Source: an uncultured Collinsella sp.
GTDB lineage: Bacteria; Actinomycetota; Coriobacteriia; Coriobacteriales; Coriobacteriaceae
DNA length: 64,000 nt
Reading direction: 5' to 3'
Assembly (NCBI GenBank): GCA_902470765.1
Contig: CABRHW010000009.1
Span: 259-64,258, forward strand
The translations under genes and the position numbers were made by a program. A model generated the notes under the pieces. It searched no databases. It saw only the letters and a list, made by a program, of their open reading frames with translations, and had not been told where the DNA came from. Every line of letters starts with the position of its first letter. Within the stretch, counting starts at the first letter, position 1. Below are positions 38,269-48,461 of the stretch, one piece after another.

Positions 38269-39429
38269 CTAGCGTATCTGGACGCCGGCCTTCTTTTTCT
38301 CGGCCTTGACGCGGTAGAGCTCCGCGTCGGCAGCGCGAAGCAAGTCTTGCCAGGTATCGACGCCGTCACCGACCCGTGCGTAGCCGATGGACATCCGCAA
38401 CAGATACGGCACCTCAGCGCGCGCGAGCTCGTCGTTGATTGCCGCGCACAGACGTATGATGTCCTGTTCCGCTGCCGCCTTTTGAAGGACTACGAACTCA
38501 TCGCCGCCATAACGTGCGATAAAGCTGCCAGACGCCGTGCAGACCTTTTTGAGCGCAGCAGATAAGACCTGAAGAGCATGATCACCCTCCACATGTCCAT
38601 AGCGATCGTTAATCTGCTTAAAGCCGTCAGCGTCCATCATGAGAAGATACACATCGTCCGTATGACCAACATTTGAGAAGAGCGACAGCATATAGGTCTC
38701 AAAACGGTTGCGATTGTTGAGGCCAGTCAACGGGTCGGTCGAGATGAGCTGCTCCTGGCAGATGATATAGAGCAGCAACATGCTAATCATTATGCCGACA
38801 CAAAGGCCAGGCACCGAGTATACGATCTGAAAGGTACCGCCCACCAGGGCCGGAATGGCGAAAAATGCTAAGGTTCGATAGATAGCCTTCGTCTGCAGGC
38901 TCTCGACCCTGCGAGATTGCACAAACGCATGCAGGGACGTATGTATAACGTAACAGTAGCTGACAATGGGCTGGATCATATAGGCAAAGCCGCGACGATA
39001 CACGCCCTGCGAATCGATATAGAACAGGGCGTGCGTCCAGTAACTGGTAAAAGCCAGCACGACCACCAGAGCCGTAGGCAACGTTACAAGCACCACCCTA
39101 TAGCGCGAGGTCACAAGGTGAGAACCCTGCATCGTCTCGGAATAGATAAACCAAATGAGACACGCGATGGCGAAGAGCGAAAACGAAACCGCGTTGGAAA
39201 TCCAGTTGGCTGCAATGCCCAACGTGCCGTCCACACCATCCGAAAGCGTCCAGATCATATCGAAGAAAATGTAGGCAGCAGACGTGTAGCCCAGCATGCT
39301 AAACAAAAGCTGCTGGGTGCTCGAGAACAGGGAGCGACGGCTTCGTACGGCAAGCCCGATAAGAACAATCATGCATAGCAGGAATATCTCAATCTTGAGT
39401 GCCTTAACCACTAGACGCCCTCCCTTCAA
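38269..39429 (-). CDS. Membrane-bound diguanylate cyclase (GGDEF); start uncertain
   Basis: About 7 TM helices, then DPLTGLNNR, DADGFKQINDRYGH.EGD, RYGGDEF. Confidence 0.92.
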   Translation of the reverse strand: MKGGRLVVKALKIEIFLLCMIVLIGLAVRSRRSLFSSTQQLLFSMLGYTSAAYIFFDMIWTLSDGVDGTLGIAANWISNAVSFSLFAIACLIWFIYSETMQGSHLVTSRYRVVLVTLPTALVVVLAFTSYWTHALFYIDSQGVYRRGFAYMIQPIVSYCYVIHTSLHAFVQSRRVESLQTKAIYRTLAFFAIPALVGGTFQIVYSVPGLCVGIMISMLLLYIICQEQLISTDPLTGLNNRNRFETYMLSLFSNVGHTDDVYLLMMDADGFKQINDRYGHVEGDHALQVLSAALKKVCTASGSFIARYGGDEFVVLQKAAAEQDIIRLCAAINDELARAEVPYLLRMSIGYARVGDGVDTWQDLLRAADAELYRVKAEKKKAGVQIR

Positions 39430-39599
39430 TATCCAAGTGGTCAGAATCGCCCGATTCGTGTCTGGGCAATAAACGCCCCTTTCTCCGCAGGGGTAAGGGG
39501 AATAATAGCAGAGCGCCCGAACATCACTACAAAACAGTTTCCGTTCGGGCGCTCGGACGGCGCGAACTGCACGCCGGAATCAATTATCGGTAACGGCCG

Positions 39600-40622
39600 T
39601 TACTCGCCGTCGATGTCGGTCGCGACGGCCTCCTCAATAGCCTCGACGCCTTCGACCGACAGATCTTCTTCGCCGTGGCAGAACTTCTTATCGACCCAGC
39701 CGGTCAGAATCGGGGCCATGATTGCCGTGATGATGACGGCGGTGGCGATCTGCGCATACGCGGTGGGCGCAAGCTCGGCATAGCGCGGAGCGACCTCGGC
39801 GAGGGCGACCGGCGTGGTCATGGCCGTGCCGGCAATGGTGGAGCATGCCACAGCCGCCTTACCGTTGCCGCCACACAAGCGCTCGAAGGCAAAGGTAATG
39901 GGACCGACGATAAAGAGCGTGATGAGGCCCAGCAGGATGCCCGAAATACCGCCGGCGATAAAGCTCGACAGGCTCATGGACGCACCGAGCTGAAATCCGA
40001 TGACGGCAATCGCAGGATTGGCACCGGGAACTAGCAGGTTCTTAATAAACGGGAACAGGTTGCCCAGAACCATGCCGATAACGAGCGGCAAAATGGAGCC
40101 GATGATAGTACCGACAGGGATGTTGGCAAGACCCGAAACACCAAGGATGATCATCGTGACGGCGGGGCCGGCCGTAAAGAACAGGATACCGACGGCGCCC
40201 TGCTCGGACTCATCGCCGAACTCGCCCATGATGCCCGTATAGAGCGCCATGTTGCAAAACGTGATGCCGCCGATGATAGACACGGAGCTCAGACCCAGGA
40301 AGTTGTCGTTAAAGAAATATGCCACGCCTAGGCCGAGAGCCGCTGCGACGACCAGCTTGGGAATCAGCACGACAATGCCGGTCTTGATGGCGCCCGGCGT
40401 GGACTTGAAGCTGATGCCGGCGCCCACAAACAGCAGGATCGCGGCGACGATGGTATTGGAGCCACCGCGGCAGGCAGCCGTAAAGAAGCCGCCGATCTCA
40501 AAGACCTGCGGGCAGAAGGTGTTGAGCAAAAGACCGACGATCATCGGATAGATCATGATGTCACCCGGGATGCGCGGGACCCTGAATTTCTTTTGCTCGT
40601 TGGCGGTCGCTTCCTGTGCCAT
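39600..40622 (-). CDS. kdgT: 2-keto-3-deoxygluconate permease
   Basis: RIPGDIMIYPM...NTF; multi-TM; family pattern. Confidence 0.8.
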   Translation of the reverse strand: MAQEATANEQKKFRVPRIPGDIMIYPMIVGLLLNTFCPQVFEIGGFFTAACRGGSNTIVAAILLFVGAGISFKSTPGAIKTGIVVLIPKLVVAAALGLGVAYFFNDNFLGLSSVSIIGGITFCNMALYTGIMGEFGDESEQGAVGILFFTAGPAVTMIILGVSGLANIPVGTIIGSILPLVIGMVLGNLFPFIKNLLVPGANPAIAVIGFQLGASMSLSSFIAGGISGILLGLITLFIVGPITFAFERLCGGNGKAAVACSTIAGTAMTTPVALAEVAPRYAELAPTAYAQIATAVIITAIMAPILTGWVDKKFCHGEEDLSVEGVEAIEEAVATDIDGE

Positions 40623-40772
40623 GAAGCCCCCATTTCCGCTGACGGGGTACAAAAGCCCACGTCACGCTTTGCTACAGTAAAGTTTGACCATGGTACCAGA
40701 AGAAATTGACCAGCTCGGTGAAAAATTCAACAAGTTGGGATGGAACGAGATTCGGCGCCCGCGACGCCACCC

Positions 40773-41096
40773 CTATATAAGGCTCAAGGCGATATAGAGT
40801 ACGATGCCCGAGACGCAGCACCACAGCATCGATTTTGTCTTGACCGCCACGACAACGACGCCGGCGGCCGCAATCCAGGGAACCAAGGCAGGCCAGAGTC
40901 CCGCGTCGAACGCGCCGGGGCTCACCAAGTCGTTGGCGACCAGCGCGGCAAAGGCAGCGGGCGGGATATAGCCCAGGGCCTCGGTAATACGGGGCGACAG
41001 GGTCCGCCCGCGCAAGGCGAACGCCGGCGCGATGCGAAAGAACGCGATAGCAGCCCACGACGACAGCCACAGAACCAAGAACTCGTTAACGGGCAT
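40773..41096 (-). CDS. azlD: AzlD-family branched-chain amino acid exporter small subunit
   Basis: ALGYIPPAAFAALV; overlaps azlC. Confidence 0.8.
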   Translation of the reverse strand: MPVNEFLVLWLSSWAAIAFFRIAPAFALRGRTLSPRITEALGYIPPAAFAALVANDLVSPGAFDAGLWPALVPWIAAAGVVVVAVKTKSMLWCCVSGIVLYIALSLI

Positions 41097-41778
41097 CGCG
41101 GGCACCTCTTCCGTCTAATACAGCATCGCACGCCAGCGCAATGGCAATGCCGACCACGACGCTTGCCGGCACGGCAATATTCGTGAGGCCCAAGAACTTG
41201 CATACGGCGACGGACACCGCGCCCGAAACCGCCGCGACAACGTTGCCGCGCGACAGCCGCTGCGAAAAGAGCAGGCAGATAAAGAGTGAGGTGCAGACAA
41301 AGGCTGCAATGGCGGTGGGAACATCGACAACGGCGCCGACGATGGCGCCCGTCGTACACGAAACGCCCCATGTTGCGATAAGGATCACGTTGAGCACAAA
41401 GGACTCGCGCGGGCCCCAATCCTCCCCTTCAACCAACTTGGCAAGCGAGATGCCGTATGCCTCCTCGGTAAGTGTCGCGGTAACAGCCAGCGTCTGACGC
41501 TTCGAGGCACCCCTCAGATGCGGCGCGATCGATGCCGAGTAAAGCGCAAAACGCGAGGAGATGGCGGCAACGCTCGCGATAATCGAAGGTGCCGGTACGC
41601 CCGCCAGCCAAAGATTGCAGATCATAAACTGCCCGCTGCCCGTCACAAACGTGCTGCTCAGAGCAAAGACCATCCAGGGCTCCATTCCCGTCTGCCCCAT
41701 GATCATTCCGCACGGCGCGCCTATTGCAACATAGGTAAGCATCACCGGCCAGACGGTTCTAACGATTTTGAGCACCAT
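41086..41778 (-). CDS. azlC: AzlC-family branched-chain amino acid exporter
   Basis: PVMLTYVAIG, GSGQF, SRFALYS, LTEEAYG. Confidence 0.85.
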   Translation of the reverse strand: MVLKIVRTVWPVMLTYVAIGAPCGMIMGQTGMEPWMVFALSSTFVTGSGQFMICNLWLAGVPAPSIIASVAAISSRFALYSASIAPHLRGASKRQTLAVTATLTEEAYGISLAKLVEGEDWGPRESFVLNVILIATWGVSCTTGAIVGAVVDVPTAIAAFVCTSLFICLLFSQRLSRGNVVAAVSGAVSVAVCKFLGLTNIAVPASVVVGIAIALACDAVLDGRGARDAR

Positions 41779-41904
41779 ACGCTTCTCATCCTGACAAGGT
41801 CTCCGAGCCGCATGTAGCGATACGGCAGGATCATCATCCGACAGCAACCGAGTTCACCTACAATTGCCACCGGATCGAAAGACACAACTTTTTAGGAAGT
41901 CATT

Positions 41905-42717
41905 ATGACAGCTATCGATCGAGACCGGGGGCGCGCGGCCTTCAAAAGCTACACCGATGCCTACGATGCCACCAACCCACGCATCGCGCTCAAAATCGAG
42001 CATACGTACCACGTGGCCGAGGCATGCGATGCCGTGGCGCGCGAGCAGGGCTGGTCGTCAGAAGATATTGACCTGGCATGGCTTTGCGGCCTGCTACACG
42101 ATATGGGCCGCTTTGAGCAACTTCGGCGCTGGGACACCTTTAAGGACGCCGAGAGCATGAGCCATGCGGCGCTGGGCATCGAGGTCCTCTTTGGCGAGAA
42201 TCCCGCCGATGCACCCGCCGTAACGAGCATCCGCGACTTTATCGATGACCCGGCAGAAGATGAGCTCATCCGAGCGAGCATTGCCTATCACAGCGATTTC
42301 CGTCTACCCGCGCAGCTCGACGTGCGCACGCGAAGCTTCTGTGATATCGTGCGCGATGGTGACAAGATCGACATTATGCGCACCATCGCCGACAGCACCG
42401 TCGACACCATCCTCAAGGTGGACGAGAAGACGTTTCTCGGCAGCCGTTTTTCGTCGCCGACACTTGCCGCCTTTGACGAGCACCGCTGCGTCGCACGCGA
42501 TGAGCGCAATGAGCCCGCCGACTTCTTGGTGGGGCTTGTCTGCTTTATGTTTGAGCTCGTCTATCCGGCAAGCCGTGCGCTGGCGCGCGAACAGAGCGAT
42601 ATCCACCGCCTGCTCGACGCGCCCTTTGGCATTACACAGCCCTTTACCGACCCCGTCACGCAGGCAACCTGGAGCCGCCTAAAGGACGAGATGCGCGACT
42701 GGCTGGCGCGCGCCTAG
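41905..42717 (+). CDS. HD-domain phosphohydrolase
   Basis: KIEHT, LLHDMGRFEQ, VRDGDKIDI. Confidence 0.85.
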   Translation: MTAIDRDRGRAAFKSYTDAYDATNPRIALKIEHTYHVAEACDAVAREQGWSSEDIDLAWLCGLLHDMGRFEQLRRWDTFKDAESMSHAALGIEVLFGENPADAPAVTSIRDFIDDPAEDELIRASIAYHSDFRLPAQLDVRTRSFCDIVRDGDKIDIMRTIADSTVDTILKVDEKTFLGSRFSSPTLAAFDEHRCVARDERNEPADFLVGLVCFMFELVYPASRALAREQSDIHRLLDAPFGITQPFTDPVTQATWSRLKDEMRDWLARA

Positions 42718-43919
42718 CGCTCAAGCTGGGCCAGCAGCTCCTCGACGACCTCGACGGCGTCCCCAACAACCTTGTACTGGGCTGCACCGAAAATGGGGGC
42801 ATCCGGGTCCTCGTTGATGGCGATAATGCACTCCGCCCCACCGATACCGGCAAGATGCTGGATGGCGCCCGAAACACCGATACTCACGAGAAGCTTGGGC
42901 GAAACCGATACGCCCGTCTGGCCAATCTGGTGGCGATACTCCAGCCAACCCGCCTCCACGACGGGACGCGTGCAACCAAGCTCGGCACCCAGGGCATCGG
43001 CGAGTTTTCGCATCAGCGGCAGGTTTTTCTTGGAACCAATGCCGCGGCCCACCACGACCAAGCGCTCGGCATCGGCGATTGAGACCTGCTGCCCCCACTC
43101 CTCGGCGGGAATCGAGATCTCGACACGAGCCTTAGCATCATCCGCAAGTGATATCTGGGCAATCGTGCCGGAGCGGCCGTAGTCAAAGTCGGGCGCCTTA
43201 AAGATGCCGGGACGAACCGTTGCCATCTGGGGACGATGATTGGAGCAGACGATGGTGGCCATTAGGTTGCCGCCAAACGCCGGACGCGTCTGTTGCAGCA
43301 GTCCCGTCTCCGTATCCATCGAAAGTACGGTGCAGTCAGCCGTAAGGCCCGTCTGCAAACGCACGGCAACGCCGGGTGCCAGTTCGCGACCAAAAGCGGT
43401 CGCGCCGTATAGGATGGCCTCGGGTTTGCGTTCGGCTACCAAATCGCAGATCAAGCGGGCGTAGACCTCCGCATCGTTTTGGCGCAGGCGCTCGTCGCGA
43501 CAGACCACAACTTCATCCGCACCGGCACAGACCAGATGCTCCAGCTCCTCGAGCGAGCTCTCGGGGCTCATGCCGACCAGCGCCACCAGACGGCAGCCAC
43601 GAGCATCGGCAAGCTCGCGGCCCTTGCCCATGAGCTCATAGGCAACGGGATTCACCGTATCGTGCTCGTCGGTCTGCGCGAATACCCAAATGTCTCGATA
43701 TGCATCAAGGTCTGCCGCGCCGGCAGCTTCGTCTCGCTCGATCGAGATAGCGTTGACGGGACAGGCATCGACGCACCCACCGCATAGGATGCAGCCGTCG
43801 GTTACGCGGGCGCATCGGCTAGGTCGCTCGCCTTCCACTACGATGCCGCCCGAAGCACAGGCGCGAACGCAGCGACCGCAGCCGATACAGGCTTCGCTAT
43901 CGATAATCAGTCCGCTCAT
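42714..43919 (-). CDS. etfA: Electron transfer flavoprotein alpha subunit with N-terminal 2x[4Fe-4S] domain
   Basis: CIGCGRCVRAC, CILCGGCVDACP; GLTADCT, RPAFGGN, QIGQTG, GVSGAIQH. Confidence 0.93.
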   Translation of the reverse strand: MSGLIIDSEACIGCGRCVRACASGGIVVEGERPSRCARVTDGCILCGGCVDACPVNAISIERDEAAGAADLDAYRDIWVFAQTDEHDTVNPVAYELMGKGRELADARGCRLVALVGMSPESSLEELEHLVCAGADEVVVCRDERLRQNDAEVYARLICDLVAERKPEAILYGATAFGRELAPGVAVRLQTGLTADCTVLSMDTETGLLQQTRPAFGGNLMATIVCSNHRPQMATVRPGIFKAPDFDYGRSGTIAQISLADDAKARVEISIPAEEWGQQVSIADAERLVVVGRGIGSKKNLPLMRKLADALGAELGCTRPVVEAGWLEYRHQIGQTGVSVSPKLLVSIGVSGAIQHLAGIGGAECIIAINEDPDAPIFGAAQYKVVGDAVEVVEELLAQLER

Positions 43920-44741
43920 CTACGCCATCCCCTCGATAATCTTGGCAAGCTTTGCCGCCTGCTCGGACGCCGTCCCCTCAACGGCCTCGCACGTTTGGTC
44001 ACGGTCGGGCACAAACGAGCGCACGACCTGTGTCGGCGACCCGGCAAGACCGCAACGCGCGGGGTCGGCGTTCACGTCGGCGGCACTGACCACGCGCACG
44101 TCCGCCTCCTCCGCCGCGCGAATACCGGCAATACTCGGCATACGCAACTGGCCAATCTCCTTGGCAGTCGTCATCGCGCACGGCATCTCAAGACACACCG
44201 TCTCCTCGCCGGCATCGCAGCCGTGAACAAGCGCCAGTGAACCACAGGTCGTAAAGCCCGCGCTCTGCACGCAGCTCACGTCGGTCACACAGGGAATCTC
44301 AAAAGCACCGGCAAGCTCGGGACCAATCTGGGCCGTATCGCCATCCACCGCCATCTTGCCGCAGATGAGCAGGTCGAAGTCCTCGTCGAGCGCCTCGATA
44401 CCGCACTTGAGGGTATAGGTGGTTGCCAGGGTATCGGCACCTGCAAAGGCGCGATCGGTCAGCAGCAGCGCGTCGTCGGCGCCTCGAGCGATGCAGTCGC
44501 GCAGCAGCGACTCGGTCGCGGGGATGCCCATCGACACCACCGTCACGCGCACATCCATGCCAAAGCCGATGAAGTCGTCTTTCAGCGCCAGCGCGCATTC
44601 CAAAGCGCTCGCATCAAAGGGATTAATGACCGCCTGCTTGCCATCGCGCACGATGGTATTGGTCTTGGGGTCCATCTTGACCTCGGTGCTGCCCGGCACG
44701 GCCTTGACGCACACCACCATATGGAAATCGCTCATCTTCAC
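43920..44741 (-). CDS. etfB: Electron transfer flavoprotein beta subunit
   Basis: VCVKAVP, NPFD, FAGADTLAT, DGDTAQIG, GSPTQV. Confidence 0.93.
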   Translation of the reverse strand: MKMSDFHMVVCVKAVPGSTEVKMDPKTNTIVRDGKQAVINPFDASALECALALKDDFIGFGMDVRVTVVSMGIPATESLLRDCIARGADDALLLTDRAFAGADTLATTYTLKCGIEALDEDFDLLICGKMAVDGDTAQIGPELAGAFEIPCVTDVSCVQSAGFTTCGSLALVHGCDAGEETVCLEMPCAMTTAKEIGQLRMPSIAGIRAAEEADVRVVSAADVNADPARCGLAGSPTQVVRSFVPDRDQTCEAVEGTASEQAAKLAKIIEGMA

Positions 44742-46339
44742 GCGCCCCCTTTCTGGACGAGCTCATCCAGGAGCTTCTCCGAAAACAGGTTGCCGCGGCC
44801 CAGCTGCCCGTCGGGATCGAGCTGGAGCTTGAGCCGCGCCGACTCGACCATGGCCTCGTGACCGTACATCGTCTCTAAGAAGCCCGCCTTGATCTTGCCG
44901 ACGCCGTGCTCGGCAGAAACGGCACCGCCCATAGCCGTGACCTCGGAAGCCCACTGGGCAAAGAGTTCTCCACCGCGACGGTAGTCTTGCGCATCGCGCG
45001 GCAGGATGTTCACATGCAGATGGTTGTTACCGATGTGCCCCCAGGCAGCAGATTCAAGCCCGCTTTCGGCCAGTGTGCGGCGATAGAGGGCCACGACATC
45101 GGCAAGACGTGCATTGGGCACCGACATGTCCGAACCCAACTTGGTGATGGTGGGATCCGTGCGGCGGCGCTCGTCGATAAGCATGTTAACGCTCTCGGGC
45201 ACCGCATGGCGGAAGAATCGCTGACACTCGCGATCGACCTCGGTGCGCGCGACCCATGTCGCATCGTCGCTGCCGCCCGCAAGCTCTAGTACCCACCCCA
45301 AGTGATACAGTTCCTCGGTCGCCTGGGCCTCGTCATCGCAGTCGAGCTCCACGTAGACACAGACCTTAGCGTCTTTGTCGAGCGCCGGCAGCGAGGCGAA
45401 CGCGGTCGACTGCTCGCGCTGATGACGCAGAATATCCAGGGCGCCAGCATCGAAGTACTCGATGGCGGCCGCATGGGACAGGACGGGGCGCACGGAATCG
45501 GTAAAGGACACGGCCTTGTCTTCGCTATCGAAAAAGCAGCTCACACCCCAAACGACCGCAGGCGCCGCCTGCAGGGCAATCTCGAGCTCGGTGATAACGC
45601 CGAGCGTGCCGCAAGCACCGATAAAGAGGTCGATGACGTCCATTTCGTCCGCAACGAAATAGCCTGAGGCATTTTTGGTCTTGGGCATGGTGTAGTCGGG
45701 AAGGTCGAGCTCGAGTGCGCGGCCCTCTGCCGTCACGAGCGACAGGTGGCGGCCCTGGGCAAAAGCCTCGCCGCGCTGAAGCTCAAGCAAATCGCCATCA
45801 GCCAGCGCGACGTGGAGTCCCGTGATATGCGGGCGCATGGGGCCGTAAGCGTAGCTGCGGGCGCCGGAGGCGTTGCATGCCGCCATGCCGCCCAGACAGG
45901 CAGATGCCTCGGTGGGATCAGTGGGAAAAAACTGCTCCGGGGCCTCTTGAAACTCATCGTAGGCCTTAAGCGATGCCTGGTCCCAGCCAGCGACCGGCAG
46001 CACCTTCTTGCTCAGCTGCTTGCGCAGTTCCGAAAGCACAACGCCCGGCTCCACGCGCAGCAGAAATTGGCCTTGCTCATCGCGGCGAAGGCCTAAGTAG
46101 CGATTCATGCGGGAAGTATTGAGAATGTGACCGCCATGAGGCACGGCGCCGGCGGCAAGACCGGTCCGGGCGCCCTGAACCGTCACCGGGACACGCTCGG
46201 CATGGAGCTTTTTCAAAATGGCGCGGACCTCGTTTTCCGTTGTCGGAAACGAGATGCTTGAGGCCTCGCCCGACGTGCGAGACTCATCGCGACCATACTC
46301 TTCGAACTCGTCGGTGAAGGGTTTGATGGTTGCAGACAC
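44738..46339 (-). CDS. FAD-linked 2-hydroxyacid (D-lactate/glycolate) dehydrogenase-like oxidoreductase
   Basis: GARTGLAAG, GGMAACNASG, GTLGVIT, GHIGNNHLH, SAEHGVGK. Confidence 0.88.
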   Translation of the reverse strand: MSATIKPFTDEFEEYGRDESRTSGEASSISFPTTENEVRAILKKLHAERVPVTVQGARTGLAAGAVPHGGHILNTSRMNRYLGLRRDEQGQFLLRVEPGVVLSELRKQLSKKVLPVAGWDQASLKAYDEFQEAPEQFFPTDPTEASACLGGMAACNASGARSYAYGPMRPHITGLHVALADGDLLELQRGEAFAQGRHLSLVTAEGRALELDLPDYTMPKTKNASGYFVADEMDVIDLFIGACGTLGVITELEIALQAAPAVVWGVSCFFDSEDKAVSFTDSVRPVLSHAAAIEYFDAGALDILRHQREQSTAFASLPALDKDAKVCVYVELDCDDEAQATEELYHLGWVLELAGGSDDATWVARTEVDRECQRFFRHAVPESVNMLIDERRRTDPTITKLGSDMSVPNARLADVVALYRRTLAESGLESAAWGHIGNNHLHVNILPRDAQDYRRGGELFAQWASEVTAMGGAVSAEHGVGKIKAGFLETMYGHEAMVESARLKLQLDPDGQLGRGNLFSEKLLDELVQKGGA

Positions 46340-46686
46340 GCGAACTCCCCCTTTAGCTAACTACAGTGTTTGCAGGGAAATGTTACCGCATCGTTTCGTC
46401 GACGTGTTCGAGACCGTCTCCATAATTGGCGATTTTTACGTTCGTGCAATTCGGCGAGCGGCAAGGTTTCCTCGGCAGACGATGCTTTTGACACATATGG
46501 CCCCGCCGTCGCCGATCGCTCGATTGTCGCCCGAAAAAAGTTGAAGTAATTTTTGCCGCCTTTTACCTGCTGAGACACCAATCCGTCAAGCATTTGGTCA
46601 GAAATTGGTCAAGTTGCGACTGATACCGTCGGCATCGACAGCCAAAAACCGATAGAAGTTTTGGCCCCAGAAGCAGGGAGGTTCCC

Positions 46687-46983
46687 ATGGCATATTACTG
46701 GCCCCAGTACGGCATCGCCATCGAAGTCGACGACGATCCCCATCTCCTGCCTTTCGACGAAGAGGCATTCCCCGACACGGCGGTCTACCACGTTACCACC
46801 GATGTGATCTGCGACCCCGAGTCGTTCTCGGCGCTCGCCCACCACATCGCGCATATCCACGACATCGAGCTCCCTCCCGACTTCGACGAGCTCGTCTACT
46901 CGCGCCGTCTGATGCTTCACATGCTCTTTGGAGCGGACCCGTCCACCTTTGCGCGCGTCTATACCACCAAGGATGCCGCATGA
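46687..46983 (+). CDS. Small hypothetical protein, possible degenerate DUF559/PD-(D/E)XK-like domain
   Basis: GGAGG RBS; YWPQYGIAIEVD; ATGA overlap with the next gene. Confidence 0.55.
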   Translation: MAYYWPQYGIAIEVDDDPHLLPFDEEAFPDTAVYHVTTDVICDPESFSALAHHIAHIHDIELPPDFDELVYSRRLMLHMLFGADPSTFARVYTTKDAA

Positions 46984-47489
46984 GCGCGAAGAGGCCACCC
47001 CACTTTGTAGGCCTGGGTCGTCGCAAGAAGCTCATCGTTGCCTGTTTGGCCATCGTCTGCGCCCTTGTCGCCGTAGGACTATACGCTTGGCAGTCGCAGC
47101 CCGTACCCGAGGCGGGCGCTTCGGTTACGACGGCCGAGGGCAAAACGCGTCAGGAAATCCAAGATGAGCTCGACGCTATCGTCCGCGACAACATGATGAC
47201 GATTTCGGTCGCGCCGGTCGCTCAGCTGCAGGAGGACGGCAAGCTGCGCGTCAACGTGCAAAACGTCCAAGACAATAGATTTCCCCAGCGATTCCGCGTC
47301 ATCCAAAACGACGAGACCATGTACGAATCCGGTGTGGTCGAGACCGGCAAAACGGTCGAGACGTGCCCCGCCGGCGACATCAAAGAAGGCGAGGCGTACA
47401 TCGAGATCCAGGCACTCGATGCAAAGACCCTCGACAGCCACGGCAATCCGACACGTGTCAAGGTACGGGTTGAGCAAGCCGAGAACTAG
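46980..47489 (+). CDS. Membrane-anchored extracellular Ig-like protein
   Basis: RRKK then a TM helix; MYESGVVETG...GEAYIEIQAL...VKVRVE. Confidence 0.75.
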   Translation: MSAKRPPHFVGLGRRKKLIVACLAIVCALVAVGLYAWQSQPVPEAGASVTTAEGKTRQEIQDELDAIVRDNMMTISVAPVAQLQEDGKLRVNVQNVQDNRFPQRFRVIQNDETMYESGVVETGKTVETCPAGDIKEGEAYIEIQALDAKTLDSHGNPTRVKVRVEQAEN

Positions 47490-47578
47490 CTTTCCGGCCG
47501 ACGCGGCGCCGCACGCAATTCACCAGCATTCGTCCAATCATCGCGGGGACGGCCCGCGGCGAATAGAAAGGAACGACC

Positions 47579-48178
47579 ATGGACATCACCAGGAACATGA
47601 ACGGAGTCAGAGCGCTCGTCGTGGGCGCAGGGCTCGCGCTCGCGCTCGCAATGGGCGCCGCCCCGACGCCAGCTATGGCAGCCGGGCGCGTTGGAACCAC
47701 GAAAGTAATGGTCAGGACCGAGATCGACAACGTTGAGTTCAAAGTTCCGACGGTTATTCCCTTCGTCGCCAAGGCCGACGGCACGCTTCAGGGCCCCTCA
47801 GAAGACGCGACCACCATCGACAATCATTCGGCCTACGGCATCCATGTCACCAACATGAAGATCGACGCCATGAACACCTGGACCATTGCTGCCGACGCCA
47901 AAGCCGGAACCGCACAGAACTCCATCGACTTTAAGGTCGGCCCCGACGGCGCACTCCAGAACGCCAGCGCCGCAATGCAGGGGACGGGCCTCGATCTTTC
48001 CAAGAACGCAGCCTTCGACATGGGCTACCAGGGCGTTGCCGGCGGCGCGGACAAAATTAAGCTCAAGACAAGCGGGAACGTCGCCCGCGTCACGCGCGAC
48101 ATCTTCCACGTAACCGGCGAAGGCGATCAAGTTGCAACGATCACCTGGACAGTCGAGCCCGGTGCGCACACGGCATAA
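47579..48178 (+). CDS. Secreted beta-rich protein (WxL-like)
   Basis: Signal peptide ending PAMA; FKVPTVIPF; C-terminal ATITWTV; strong GAAAGGA RBS. Confidence 0.75.
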   Translation: MDITRNMNGVRALVVGAGLALALAMGAAPTPAMAAGRVGTTKVMVRTEIDNVEFKVPTVIPFVAKADGTLQGPSEDATTIDNHSAYGIHVTNMKIDAMNTWTIAADAKAGTAQNSIDFKVGPDGALQNASAAMQGTGLDLSKNAAFDMGYQGVAGGADKIKLKTSGNVARVTRDIFHVTGEGDQVATITWTVEPGAHTA

Positions 48179-48452
48179 GGCCGTCGCCTTGGCCGCCGCC
48201 GTCAGCATCCTAGCGTTTGGGCCAGCCATGGCCTTTGCCCAGCAAGAACAGGCGCAGGCAGCCACGCAAGTGACGGTCGACCTCTCGGAGCTCGACCGCG
48301 GCGACCGCGAGGAACCGTTGGCGCAGACAGGCGACAGACGATGGCTCTTGGCAGCAGGCGCCACAGCAGCAGGCGCAGGAACCGCCGGCCTCGGTCTGCA
48401 CATCAAACGCAGCCAGAAACAAAACATGGACAGGCCGCACTTAATTAGCTAA
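48162..48452 (+). CDS. Small sortase-anchored protein (LAQTG)
   Basis: Signal peptide ending AFA; LAQTG + hydrophobic segment + KR tail; GTG start overlaps the upstream gene. Confidence 0.65.
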   Translation: MRTRHKAVALAAAVSILAFGPAMAFAQQEQAQAATQVTVDLSELDRGDREEPLAQTGDRRWLLAAGATAAGAGTAGLGLHIKRSQKQNMDRPHLIS

Positions 48453-48461
48453 GGAGACCCC

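Noticed and set aside
46575..46612. FadR/LldR-type operator upstream of the oxidoreductase-etf operon
   Set aside because: TTGGTCA occurs twice as a direct repeat but does not form the TGGT-N-ACCA palindrome; too weak to call.
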